Origin: an uncultured bacterium
GTDB lineage: Bacteria > Patescibacteriota > Doudnabacteria > UBA920
Length of the DNA: 64,000 nt
NCBI GenBank assembly: GCA_963749445.1
Contig: CAVVMJ010000003.1
Location: forward strand, 128,715 to 192,714
Reading direction: 5' to 3'
Shown one piece after another: positions 39,457 to 48,687 of this stretch (the stretch's first letter is position 1; each line of letters begins with the position of its first letter). The position numbers and the translations under genes were made by a program. A model generated the notes under the pieces. That model saw nothing but the letters and a program-made list of their open reading frames with translations, was not told where the DNA came from and ran no database searches.

Positions 39457-39906
39457 ATGAAAAACGTGAAAGTGGTTTTGTTTTGTGAGAGCTCTCAAGG
39501 ATTTGAGGATCTTTTGTGGGGTGACCGTGGATGCCTTCGCGCGGACTACCAACGCCTGTCGGGTGTCGAAGTAGAAGCCCGGGGATTTGGGGGAAATCTG
39601 GTAGATACCAATGGCAAACCCAATGAGAACGGGAAAGCTTTTTTGGAGGCCTGCAAAACTGCGGACGTGCTCGTCACGGACGCTTGGACTGGCACATCGA
39701 TGTACACGAATACCGAGGAACCCTTAGCCAGGATGGCTGAGATGGTGTGGAGAGCGAAAAAGCTCAATCCCCGGCTGGTGGTGTTCGGCGACTTGCTTGA
39801 AGGCGAGCACGAGACAATTCTCCACCAGATGTACGGCGCAACACCGATCAGGCACTGGCGGGACAAGAAGATCATCGAAGCGGTCAAAAAGGCCGCTCTC
39901 ACGTAG
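39457..39906 (+). CDS. Hypothetical protein, possibly CheY/receiver-like fold
   Basis: Strong AGGAGG SD; KVVLFCE..ADVLVTD..KKLNPRLVVF pattern. Confidence 0.55.
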   Translation: MKNVKVVLFCESSQGFEDLLWGDRGCLRADYQRLSGVEVEARGFGGNLVDTNGKPNENGKAFLEACKTADVLVTDAWTGTSMYTNTEEPLARMAEMVWRAKKLNPRLVVFGDLLEGEHETILHQMYGATPIRHWRDKKIIEAVKKAALT

Positions 39907-40032
39907 TACTTGGCAGGACTAGTGTGTATTTACAATGCATTCGCGCTGCCTTTTTGAGGCTTTGATGAAAATCGAGGCTTCAAAATCGGAAAACACCCGG
40001 CGGGGCGTGAATACGCAAAATTAGGAGGTAAC

Positions 40033-40446
40033 ATGGAAGACGTTGGCACGGTTGGGAGCTGGAACGATGTATCTAAGGCCGCGCAGACGCTCATGCGCAG
40101 GGGCTATATACAGGGAGTGGCAATTGTGTCACTTCAAAAGTTCGGTGAGGGAGAATACGATGCCGTGCGAATTGATGGCAACGGCGCAGGCTATGACGAT
40201 GGCACGCTCGACAAGGTCATGCGGGAAATCCCACAAAAGTTTCCGGATGCCGTGAGTTTCCGGCTCTTCATCGAACGCATGAAGGCGTACGGATCAGGAG
40301 AACCTTGGTATGAGACATTGACGGTAGTTTGCGTGGCCGCAAAGCAGGCGCTTGATACCATTCAGCCGCGAGGACTTCTGCATAAGTCACTGAGGATTAC
40401 ACAGTTTTCGGCGGTCATCGGTTCGTGCGGGTATCTGGGCGATTGA
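40033..40446 (+). CDS. Hypothetical protein
   Basis: AGGAGGT SD; 137-aa ORF with no recognised motif. Confidence 0.6.
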   Translation: MEDVGTVGSWNDVSKAAQTLMRRGYIQGVAIVSLQKFGEGEYDAVRIDGNGAGYDDGTLDKVMREIPQKFPDAVSFRLFIERMKAYGSGEPWYETLTVVCVAAKQALDTIQPRGLLHKSLRITQFSAVIGSCGYLGD

Positions 40447-40539
40447 CATCGGCGATGGCGTGTGCCATCATTCAACGGACCAAATGATAAAGGGCGGATA
40501 ACGAAGCATTCGTTCCGCCCCTTTTTATAAAAAATTATT

Positions 40540-40579
40540 TTGTCTAACATCATTTCCGGCCGGAAATGATGTTAGACAA
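40540..40579. repeat. Perfect 40-bp palindrome without a loop
   Basis: ttgtctaacatcatttccgg|ccggaaatgatgttagacaa. Confidence 0.9.
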
Positions 40580-40581
40580 GG

Positions 40582-41847
40582 CTAAATTGCTAGAGAAAGT
40601 ATAATCCAAAATACCATGGCCAAGTCGTTTTTAAAGTAGGGGTTGTCTACTTGGCCTTGGACTAATACTGCGATGAGGAAGAGGGCGATGGATAAGGCAA
40701 TTGTGCGGTTAAAATCTCCAACTACCCCGTCTCGCTTCGCAATCCACCCCTCCTTGGCAGGAGGGGAAGCTCCGCGAAGACCGCGGTAAAGGTAGAGTCC
40801 GATTAGCCCGATTAAACTTATTAGCCCGATTAGTCCGGTTTCCACCCAGAGGTCTAGGAAAATGTTGTGCGGGAAGTTGTGGGTGTCGGTGAGGCCGGGG
40901 TCGGTGTTAAGGGTTGTCCACTGGCGTGAAAAGCCGGTTAAGCCGAGTCCAAAAATCGGCGATTCTTTAACGCCTTTTATGCCGGTATCCCAAAGGGAAA
41001 AGCGGGAGACCGCGGACTTCTCACCGTAAAAAGGCAGGACAAAGCGCCAGCGGAGGTTGGGGATGCAAACGATAACGATAACCATAATGATAACGCCGGC
41101 AAAAATTATTTTGCGGATTTTTTTGTCCGCGGCAAATATCAGGTAAACCAAAACCGCGGCGCCAAGGCCGGCCCAGCCGGCGCGGGAGAGCGATAATAGT
41201 AATCCGGTAGCGCCGATTATCCAAGCAAACATCTTTATCCAATTTTTCCACCCCTCCCTAACCCTCCCCATCAAGGGGAGGGAAAAAGAAGAAAAAATAT
41301 CCGGAATCAAGAAGGCTAAAAGTGGGGCGCACCAGAGGGCGTAAAAGTTCGGGTGGATGAAGAAGCTTAAGGCGCGCTTGGGCTCGTTGCTGTTGCCCCA
41401 CCAAGCTGTCGGCAATCCGATTAATGTAAAGTACTGGAGAATTGCGTAGAGGCCGGTGACTGCGAGGAGAAAGTAAGTAGTTAGTAGTAAGTAGTTAGTA
41501 GCCCGCGGGTATTGCTTGATAATAAATCGGCCGATAAAAAATATAGAAACCGGCTGCAAAAATAACACAATAAACTGGCCGAGTTTGGCGCGGTCAAAGC
41601 CATGGACAAACAAGGAAATTATCCCGGACAGGAAAAACAGACCAACCAAAACCAGGATTTTTTTATCCAAACCCATCAGCGATTGCCAAAATTCCCGTAG
41701 TTGATGTTTGGCCAAAATCCACCCTAAAAAAATCACCCACACTAAAACTACCCACACCATTAAAACGTCTGGGGGAAAGCCAAAAACGTTAAATTTAATA
41801 ACGTAGGTCGGCGTTAGCAGTAAAGTTAGGGCAAGAAGATAAGGCAT
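40582..41847 (-). CDS. O-antigen ligase (Wzy_C/WaaL-like) family protein carrying in-frame repeat insertions
   Basis: HPNFYA, SLSRAGW, SRFSLW, PIFGLG, PHNIFLDLWVETGLIG. Confidence 0.88.
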   Translation of the reverse strand: MPYLLALTLLLTPTYVIKFNVFGFPPDVLMVWVVLVWVIFLGWILAKHQLREFWQSLMGLDKKILVLVGLFFLSGIISLFVHGFDRAKLGQFIVLFLQPVSIFFIGRFIIKQYPRATNYLLLTTYFLLAVTGLYAILQYFTLIGLPTAWWGNSNEPKRALSFFIHPNFYALWCAPLLAFLIPDIFSSFSLPLMGRVREGWKNWIKMFAWIIGATGLLLSLSRAGWAGLGAAVLVYLIFAADKKIRKIIFAGVIIMVIVIVCIPNLRWRFVLPFYGEKSAVSRFSLWDTGIKGVKESPIFGLGLTGFSRQWTTLNTDPGLTDTHNFPHNIFLDLWVETGLIGLISLIGLIGLYLYRGLRGASPPAKEGWIAKRDGVVGDFNRTIALSIALFLIAVLVQGQVDNPYFKNDLAMVFWIILSLAI

Positions 41848-41850
41848 AGT

Positions 41851-41945
41851 TATTGAGCAAGATTTAAAAGATTTAAATGATTGACATGATTAAGAGTTGG
41901 CAATCTTGTCAATTTTGTCATTCATGTCAATCTTGTCAATCAATT
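41851..41945. repeat. 9-mer periodic palindrome
   Basis: caagatttaaaagatttaaatgattgacatg...caatcttgtcaattttgtc; matches 36176-36268 inverted. Confidence 0.75.
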
Positions 41946-44800
41946 TAGGGAATTGTGACGTTGATTTTGGGACTGGCGGCGCCGGTATCGCTTTGGGCGA
42001 AAATTTTATAGCTGCCGGAAGGCGGCGGCGCGGTCCAGGTCAGGCTGTACTGGTAAGTGTCGCCCAAGTGGCTGATATTAAAAGCCGGACCCAAAGCTTG
42101 CGCTGCCCCCCCGTCTTTTTGGTAGAAAAAGTTGACTTGGCCGTAGAGTTTTGGGCTTTCGGCCGTGATGTTCAAAGGAAAATTGGCCGTGGTTCCGGCA
42201 GGAGGATCGGTAATTGTCAGCGATTGTTGGACGGAGCCATAGTTGACGCTGACGCTGGTGTCCGCGGTTTGGTTTTGATTATCCGTGGCTCTCACCGCGA
42301 TGGTGTGTTGGCCGCTGTTGAGCGTTTTGTCAACCGTAAACACAAACGGCGCGCCGAGCAGGCTTTTGTAAAATATCCCGTCAATGGACAAGTCCACGCG
42401 GCTGATTGTGTTGGGAGAATTAGCCTGCACGTTCACGGTAAAGGGCAGGCTGGTGAGGTTGTCGCCATCAGCTGGATCCAAAATTTGCACGGTCAGGCTG
42501 CCGGTGTTGCCGCCGGGCGGAGGCTGAATAGTTACCGTGGTTCCCGCCGGACAGACATCCGGCTGGGTGGCGGCCCAGGCCTGGACCGGGTCTTCCCAGT
42601 TGGGATTATTCGGCATTTCGCTATGGTAAACCGAACAAACTTTGTAGACTAGATTTTGTTGCGGCGTCAGCGAAGTGGCCGGCAGGTTAGTTGTGGAATC
42701 AAAAGCTTGGTTTACGTGTACGTTGTCATAGTCAGTCGGCACGGAGTAATCGGCGAATATCTCGGTATGGGTTGAGGGAGAATATTGGGTGGGCAGTTTG
42801 CCGGAGGCATCGTCAACCGTGGCCTGCTGGATGCCCGGGGGCACGGTAAAGTCTTCGGCCGGTGTGTTGGCTAGAGCCTTTAGCATAAAATCGTGCCAAA
42901 TGGGCGCGGCGACCACCACGCCATCCGCGTTTTTGGCCAGAAATTCGCCGTCGTTATTGCCCGCCCAAACGCCGGCCGCCAAAGACGGGGTAAAGCCCAA
43001 AGTCCAGCCGTCGTGCCAGTTTTGGGTGGTGCCGGTTTTGGCCGCCACGGTGCGGTCCGGCAAAATCAGCGGCGAATTGGCGCCAAAAATAAAGCTGCGG
43101 GAATTGTTGTCGGTTAAAATATTAATCAGCTCGTAAGCCGCTTGCGGGTCCACAACCTGTTTGGCGCTATTTTGATATTGCTCCAGTACGTTGCCGGAGC
43201 TGTCTTCTATTTTTAAGATGGCGGTGGCGTCGTTTTTCAGCCCTTCGTTGGCCAAAGCCGCGTAAGCCGCGGTGTGATCCAAAAGCCTGACTTCACAGCC
43301 GCCCAGCACCAAAGACAAGCCGCAATCCGCCAGCGGACTGGCAATGCCTAGATCGTGCGCGGTCTTGGTGGCATTGTTGACGCCAACCAAATCTAAAGTT
43401 TTAACGGCCGGCACGTTCAGACTACCGGCCAAGGCCTTGCGCATGTTGACCAGGCCGTTGTTTTCGCCGTTGTAATTGTGCGGGATATAATCTTTGCCGT
43501 TGTAAGTGCCGAAATCGGTGGTCAGGTCAAACAAAGGGCTGGCCGGCGTGTAATTAAATTGTTTGCCAAACGCGGTCACGTAAACGTAAGGCTTAAAGCT
43601 GCTGCCGGGTTGGCGCAGGGACAGCGCCACATTGACGTTGGGTTCAAAAGTGCAGTTTTTACCCGGACTGCAGCCAGTCGGCTCCGGCGCACCGAAATAA
43701 TCCTTGCTGCCCACCATGGCCAAAATTTGTCCAGTTTTGGGATCAATCGCCACCAGCGCCGCGTTGCCGACTTTGTACTTTTTTTGCTCCTTAGCCGCGT
43801 CGTCCTTGACCACCTGTTCGGCGATGCTTTGGAGTTTGGGATCCAGCGTAGTGTAAACTTTTAAGCCCCCTTCTTCCAGGGTTGACTCGCCGTATTTATT
43901 CGCCAAATAGTTTTCTACGTACAGCACAAAGTGTGGCGCCACCATATTGTTGGACAGCGGGGAGAAATCAACCTTTTCGCCTTGGGCCTGCTTCATTTGA
44001 TCGTTCGTGATGTAGCCCTGGTCTTTCATCAGCGATAAGATTGTATTTTTGCGGTCATCTAACGCCTGGCGGTTGGGGCCTAAAGGATTATAATAAGTCG
44101 GAGCTTGGGGCAGGGCTGCAAGATAGGCGCTTTCGGCCAGGTCTAAATTGTTGGCGGATTTGCCAAAATAGCTTTGGGCCGCGGCTTCTACGCCGTAAGC
44201 GTTCCGCCCATAGGGAATTTCATTGAGGTACATTTCCAGAATTTGGTTTTTAGAAAAGCGCGCGTCAATGGCAATGCTCAAAATCGCCTCGCGGATTTTC
44301 CGGTCCCAGGATTTTTGGTTGGTCAAAATGGCATTTTTGACAAACTGCTGGGTAATGGTGCTGGCGCCTTGGCTTTTGTGCAAAGTCAGCACATCGGCAA
44401 TGGCCGCGCGGACTATGCCGGTAAAAGATATCCCGCCTTCTTTGTAAAAATTTTTGTCTTCCACGGCAATGGTGGCGTGTTGAAGATCAGTCCCGATTTG
44501 GCCCAGGCTCACCTGGGTGCGTTTGTATTCCCCGTGGATTTCGTAAAGTTGGCTGCCGTCTTTGGCGAAAATTTTGGTGGATTCCGGTATTTGTCTGTCC
44601 AACAGTTTACCCGGGTCGGGCAAATCGCGGGTGTAATAAAAAAACAATATGGCAATCAGCAAAATGCCCAGGGCCACAAGGCGAAAAGTCCAGGTAAAAA
44701 ATTTTTTCCGGGGAAACTTGCCGAATTTGAATTTGGGCTTTGGTTGCCGTTTAGGCGGCCTTGCCGGTACGGCTTTTGTTGTATAACTGTATACGCGCAT
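41945..44800 (-). CDS. Class A penicillin-binding protein (PBP1A family) with C-terminal Ig-like domains
   Basis: EDKNF, GASTITQQ, RKIRE, YLN; GSSFKP, SLN, KTGT. Confidence 0.93.
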   Translation of the reverse strand: MRVYSYTTKAVPARPPKRQPKPKFKFGKFPRKKFFTWTFRLVALGILLIAILFFYYTRDLPDPGKLLDRQIPESTKIFAKDGSQLYEIHGEYKRTQVSLGQIGTDLQHATIAVEDKNFYKEGGISFTGIVRAAIADVLTLHKSQGASTITQQFVKNAILTNQKSWDRKIREAILSIAIDARFSKNQILEMYLNEIPYGRNAYGVEAAAQSYFGKSANNLDLAESAYLAALPQAPTYYNPLGPNRQALDDRKNTILSLMKDQGYITNDQMKQAQGEKVDFSPLSNNMVAPHFVLYVENYLANKYGESTLEEGGLKVYTTLDPKLQSIAEQVVKDDAAKEQKKYKVGNAALVAIDPKTGQILAMVGSKDYFGAPEPTGCSPGKNCTFEPNVNVALSLRQPGSSFKPYVYVTAFGKQFNYTPASPLFDLTTDFGTYNGKDYIPHNYNGENNGLVNMRKALAGSLNVPAVKTLDLVGVNNATKTAHDLGIASPLADCGLSLVLGGCEVRLLDHTAAYAALANEGLKNDATAILKIEDSSGNVLEQYQNSAKQVVDPQAAYELINILTDNNSRSFIFGANSPLILPDRTVAAKTGTTQNWHDGWTLGFTPSLAAGVWAGNNDGEFLAKNADGVVVAAPIWHDFMLKALANTPAEDFTVPPGIQQATVDDASGKLPTQYSPSTHTEIFADYSVPTDYDNVHVNQAFDSTTNLPATSLTPQQNLVYKVCSVYHSEMPNNPNWEDPVQAWAATQPDVCPAGTTVTIQPPPGGNTGSLTVQILDPADGDNLTSLPFTVNVQANSPNTISRVDLSIDGIFYKSLLGAPFVFTVDKTLNSGQHTIAVRATDNQNQTADTSVSVNYGSVQQSLTITDPPAGTTANFPLNITAESPKLYGQVNFFYQKDGGAAQALGPAFNISHLGDTYQYSLTWTAPPPSGSYKIFAQSDTGAASPKINVTIP

Positions 44801-44869
44801 ATGTGCTCATTATAACTGTTTTCCGGTTTTAAGAAAAATGCTATAATAGATGCAAGTGAACTTTTAATT

Positions 44870-46036
44870 ATGGATAAAATAGAAGAAATCTTAAGGGGTG
44901 CGGGAGAGATCTTTACCAGGGCGGAGTTGGAAGATGTTTTGGCATCCAAAAAAAAGTTGAGGATTTATTACGGGGTTGACCCTTCGGGTGCGGTTATTCA
45001 TTTGGGCCACGCGGTAATTTTAAGCAAACTGCAAATTCTCCAGCAGCTTGGCCACAAAATTATTTTTTTAATTGGCGATTTTACAGGCATGATTGGTGAT
45101 CCAACTGATCGCGCCTCAGTGCGCCAGCCTCTTACCCGCGAACAGGTTTTGGAGAACGCTAAGACCTACAAAAAACAAGTGTCTAAATTTTTGGATTTTA
45201 CGGGAAAAAATTCGGCGGAAATCAGGCTCAACAGCGAGTGGAATAACAAATTATCTTTTAAAGATATTATTAAACTGTCCGGCAAGTTCACGGTGCAACA
45301 GTTTTTGGAGCGCGATATGTTTGAAAAAAGGATGGCCGAAGGCAAGCCCATTGGGATGCATGAATTTTTATACCCGCTTATCCAGGGCAATGACGCGGTT
45401 GAACTTGACGCGGACATGCAGGTCGGCGGCACGGACCAGACCTTCAACATGCTACAGGGAAGATATTTGATGAAGGCTCTGAAAAATAGGACGCAAATGG
45501 TGATAACTTACCAATTGCTGGTTGGTACTGACGGTAGGAAAATGTCCAAGAGTTACAATAATGACATTGCCATTGGCGCGGAGCCGAACGATATGTTTGG
45601 TAAGGTTATGTCTGTTAATGATGATTTGATAAAACAGTATTTTATTTTGGCTACGAGCGTTCCTTTGGAGAAAGTGGATGAAATTTTGAAATTGCCTAAT
45701 CCCCGCGACCAAAAGTTAAGGCTGGCCGAAGAAATTGTGGCGCTATACCATGGTATAGCGGCCGCGGAAAAGGCCAAGGAGTCTTTTATCAGTCAGTTTA
45801 GCAAAGGCGAGCTACCTGCTGATATTGAAATTAAGCCTTCGGGAGCCGTAAAAGTTTCTGACGCGCTGGTTGAGTTAGGTTTAGCTGCCAGCAAGTCGGA
45901 AGCGCGTCGGTTAATTGAACAGGGCGGAATTGATTACGATGGAAAACGCCTTACAGAAGACGTTGATTTGGAATCTGATGGCGAGCCGAAACTTTTACGC
46001 AGAGGCAGGAATTTCGTAAAGATCAAAAAGAAATAA
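44870..46036 (+). CDS. tyrS: Tyrosine--tRNA ligase
   Basis: HLGH, GGTDQ, KMSKS, C-terminal S4 domain SKSEARRLIEQGG. Confidence 0.97.
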   Translation: MDKIEEILRGAGEIFTRAELEDVLASKKKLRIYYGVDPSGAVIHLGHAVILSKLQILQQLGHKIIFLIGDFTGMIGDPTDRASVRQPLTREQVLENAKTYKKQVSKFLDFTGKNSAEIRLNSEWNNKLSFKDIIKLSGKFTVQQFLERDMFEKRMAEGKPIGMHEFLYPLIQGNDAVELDADMQVGGTDQTFNMLQGRYLMKALKNRTQMVITYQLLVGTDGRKMSKSYNNDIAIGAEPNDMFGKVMSVNDDLIKQYFILATSVPLEKVDEILKLPNPRDQKLRLAEEIVALYHGIAAAEKAKESFISQFSKGELPADIEIKPSGAVKVSDALVELGLAASKSEARRLIEQGGIDYDGKRLTEDVDLESDGEPKLLRRGRNFVKIKKK

Positions 46037-46039
46037 ATC

Positions 46040-46065
46040 AAAACCCCTCCACTCGGAGGGGTTTT
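46040..46065. terminator. Bidirectional terminator
   Basis: aaaacccctcc-actc-ggaggggtttt. Confidence 0.8.
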
Positions 46066-46113
46066 AAATTCAGCGTAAGATCAGCGTTGCAATCAGCGAC
46101 CTATCAGCGGTTT

Positions 46114-46233
46114 TTACACCTGGGCTTCGCCGCCGTCATCATCATCGCCATTCATTTCTTCATCTTTGTCCATTTCTTCGGTCGGAGCGTCGGTTGGGGT
46201 GCCTCCGGCCGCCGGGGTGTCGTCAAAAAACAT
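46114..46233 (-). CDS. Small acidic protein (39 aa)
   Basis: AAGGAG SD before ATG; MFFDDTPAAGGTPTDAPTEEMDKDEEMNGDDDDGGEAQV; promoter-like TGnTATACT at ~46310-46318. Confidence 0.6.
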   Translation of the reverse strand: MFFDDTPAAGGTPTDAPTEEMDKDEEMNGDDDDGGEAQV

Positions 46234-46355
46234 AAGTTTGGTCTCCTTGGGTTCCACTTTGGGGAACTTGATAGTTAGCTTAAACTTCTGATTTTTCAGA
46301 AGTAAAGTCAGTATACCACGGCGTTTATCGGTGTCCAACCGATATATCCCCAGCC

Positions 46356-46844
46356 TTAGTTTAAAGTTTTTCGATAGTGAAATCCCGCGCACAGCGCTAT
46401 CGCCAGCGCATCGGCCGCATCGTCCGGCTTGGGCACGGATTTTAATTTAAAAGTTTTTTGCACAATATACTGCACCTGTTTTTTTTCGGCTTTGCCGTAG
46501 CCGCAGATAAAACTTTTTACCTGCAGCGGCGTAAATTCCAAAATCGGCAAATGATGCTGCTGCGCAATAAGCAAAACCACCCCCCTGGCTTGGCTAACCG
46601 TCATTACGGTTTTTTGGTTGGTGGTAAAAAATAGTTTTTCTATGCCGACCACGCCGGGTTTGTATTTTTTGATGAGCCGATTTATATCCGCCGCCAAAAT
46701 TGCCAACCGTTCGGCATCGGGCAAAGTTTTTTTAGTTGAAACAATTCCAAAATCAATGAGCCGGAATTCGTCTTTTTTGTTCGTCGAAGATATAATCCCA
46801 AACCCAGTCGTAGCGGTTCCCGGGTCAATTCCAAGAATAGTCAT
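46356..46844 (-). CDS. ruvC: Crossover junction endodeoxyribonuclease RuvC
   Basis: MTILGIDPG, EKLFF, ARGV, PDDAADALAIA. Confidence 0.96.
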   Translation of the reverse strand: MTILGIDPGTATTGFGIISSTNKKDEFRLIDFGIVSTKKTLPDAERLAILAADINRLIKKYKPGVVGIEKLFFTTNQKTVMTVSQARGVVLLIAQQHHLPILEFTPLQVKSFICGYGKAEKKQVQYIVQKTFKLKSVPKPDDAADALAIALCAGFHYRKTLN

Positions 46845-46864
46845 AAGGTTTATATACGGAGTTT

Positions 46865-46992
46865 CCTTCCCTCTTTGAGGGAAGGTGGATCGCGCAGCGA
46901 GACAGAAGGGTTGGAGTGTTATCAACCCAATCTCCAACCACCTCCCCCCGCTTCGCGGGGTACTCCTCCTTGAAAAGGAGGAGAGACTCCGC
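46865..46992. repeat. Pair of palindromic elements between yebC and ruvC
   Basis: ccttccctc/gagggaagg and ctcctcct/aggaggag hairpins; the second is nearly identical to the polA insert at 765-819. Confidence 0.85.
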
Positions 46993-47006
46993 GGTTTTGT
47001 TTGGTT

Positions 47007-47723
47007 TTATAAATTGGCTGATGTGTGAACAGCGATAACGTCTTCGTCATTCTCCAGCTCCGCGAACAGCGCGTCTATTTTAGGTTTTTGATCTTCAGAT
47101 AAATCCACGCCTTGCGAACTTTCTTTTATAATATCGGCGCGCGCGATTTTGGCTCCGGCCTGCGCCAATGCGGTTTTTATTTTTTGCAAATCTGCCGGCT
47201 GCGTGTAGACTTCCAGCCCTTCATCAGACTCCCGAACATCATCAGCGCCGGTATCAATGGCCGCCATCTCAATGTCTGATATTTTGGCATCGCGCTCCAC
47301 TAAAATTTGGCCTTTGGCGTGAAATTGCCAGGCCACCGACCCCTGGCTGCCCAAATTGCCGCCGTGTTTGGAAAAAATGTGCTTTATGTCGTTAGTAGTG
47401 CGGTTGGGGTTGTCTGTGGCCGCTTCCACCAAAAATGCCGTACCGAACGGGCCGTAACCTTCGTAAACCACTTCCTTGATGTTTCCCGCCGTGCCGCCCG
47501 TAGCCGCTTTTATAGCGCGTTCAATGTTGTCATTCGGCATTCCCTGGTCTTTGGCGTAATCTACCGCGCTTTTTAATTTGAAGTTGGAAGCCGGGTCGCC
47601 CCCGCCGCCCTCTTTTACGGCGATGGAAATCTTTTTTCCCATTTTGGAAAACAGCAGGCCGCGCTTTTGGTCCAAAACGCCCTTGGTTCTTTTAATTTGC
47701 GACCATTTAGAATGTCCGGACAT
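47007..47723 (-). CDS. yebC: YebC/PmpR family protein
   Basis: MSGHSKWSQIK, YEGYGP, TDNPNRT. Confidence 0.95.
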   Translation of the reverse strand: MSGHSKWSQIKRTKGVLDQKRGLLFSKMGKKISIAVKEGGGGDPASNFKLKSAVDYAKDQGMPNDNIERAIKAATGGTAGNIKEVVYEGYGPFGTAFLVEAATDNPNRTTNDIKHIFSKHGGNLGSQGSVAWQFHAKGQILVERDAKISDIEMAAIDTGADDVRESDEGLEVYTQPADLQKIKTALAQAGAKIARADIIKESSQGVDLSEDQKPKIDALFAELENDEDVIAVHTSANL

Positions 47724-47761
47724 AGATATTGGATGTGCTGATGGTTATTGATGTGTTTGGT

Positions 47762-47816
47762 ATAGAGGCACGCCGTGGCGTGCCTGATTGTCGGCATGCC
47801 AAGGCATGCCGCTACA
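47762..47816. repeat. GTAG-tagged REP doublet
   Basis: tagaggcacgccgtggcgtgcct..ggcatgccaaggcatgccgctaca; inverted copy at 60484-60542. Confidence 0.8.
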
Positions 47817-47818
47817 GT

Positions 47819-48571
47819 TTATTTAAACGATACCAAAACCGTAACTTCGCCTTTTATTGATGGTTTTTCTTTAAGTTTTTCCAAAACTTCGCCCGCGGAG
47901 CCGCGGATGAATTCTTCGTGCATTTTGGTGAGTTCGCGCGCAACAACGACTTGCGATCTCGGATAAGCGTTGGTAACGTATCCCAAAGTTTTTAAAATCC
48001 GTTCCGGGGATTCGTAAAAAATTGCCGTGGCTTCAGCATCGGCCGCTGCTTGCAAAGCCGATAAAGTTTTGGCCGCGGTTTTTTGCAAAAATCCCAAAAA
48101 CATGAACCGGTCGGTCGGCAGGCCGGAAGCCGAGAGCGCGGCAACGGCGGCATTGGCCCCCGGGATGGGAACCACTTGAATATTTTCTTTGGCGCATTCC
48201 CGTACTAATCTGAATCCCGGATCGGAAATCCCCGGCGTCCCTGCGTCGGTGATTAAGCATCCATCTTCTTTTTTTAGTCTTCGCGCAAGTTCTTTGACGA
48301 TTTGCTGTTCGTTGAATTCCGCAAATTGGACAATAGGTTTAGCTGAAATTGCGAGGAGTGCAGCCGACGAAGCAATCCCGTTCTTATTTGGGATTGTCGC
48401 GCCCTCGGCTGCACTCGGGCTCGCAATTTCCAAATGCTCGATGTATTGCAATAGCCTTCTGCTGTACCCCGGGTTTTCGGCCATCACAAAACCACACGCC
48501 TTTAAAGTTTCAACGGCGCGCAGGGTAATGTCTCCCATGTTGCCTATCGGAGTTGCTACTATGTAGAGCAT
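47819..48571 (-). CDS. rsmI: 16S rRNA C1402 2'-O-methyltransferase RsmI with in-frame insertion
   Basis: LYIVATPIGN, DAGTPGISDPG, YESPER, ARELTKMHEE, KGE. Confidence 0.95.
   Translation of the reverse strand: MLYIVATPIGNMGDITLRAVETLKACGFVMAENPGYSRRLLQYIEHLEIASPSAAEGATIPNKNGIASSAALLAISAKPIVQFAEFNEQQIVKELARRLKKEDGCLITDAGTPGISDPGFRLVRECAKENIQVVPIPGANAAVAALSASGLPTDRFMFLGFLQKTAAKTLSALQAAADAEATAIFYESPERILKTLGYVTNAYPRSQVVVARELTKMHEEFIRGSAGEVLEKLKEKPSIKGEVTVLVSFK
48345..48430. repeat. TTGCGAG-family palindrome in-frame inside rsmI
   Basis: gaaattgcgagg..gcaatccc..gggattg..ctcgcaatttc encodes EIASPSAAEGATIPNKNGIASSAALLAIS. Confidence 0.88.
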
Positions 48572-48580
48572 GGAGTGTAT

Positions 48581-48687
48581 TTGGTTATAGGGTGTGGCGG
48601 CCGGTACAGTATTAGGGTTTGGGTATTAAGTCACTTACACCCAAAGACCTACAACTACACTGGCCGCTATACCTTATAACCTATTAC
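48581..48687. repeat. ~105-bp periodic palindrome
   Basis: Reverse complement aligns closely with 51541-51645 (gcggccagt..gtaagtgacttaatac..ggccgccacacc). Confidence 0.85.

Noticed and set aside
41897-42652. 251-aa plus-strand ORF and the other antisense ORFs in the track
   Set aside because: They are shadow frames of well-supported genes on the opposite strand with no recognisable motifs.
46845-46937. N-terminal extensions of RuvC (also DnaN, YidD, RnpA)
   Set aside because: Upstream alternative starts run through repeats or oriC; the downstream ATGs match the family N-termini.
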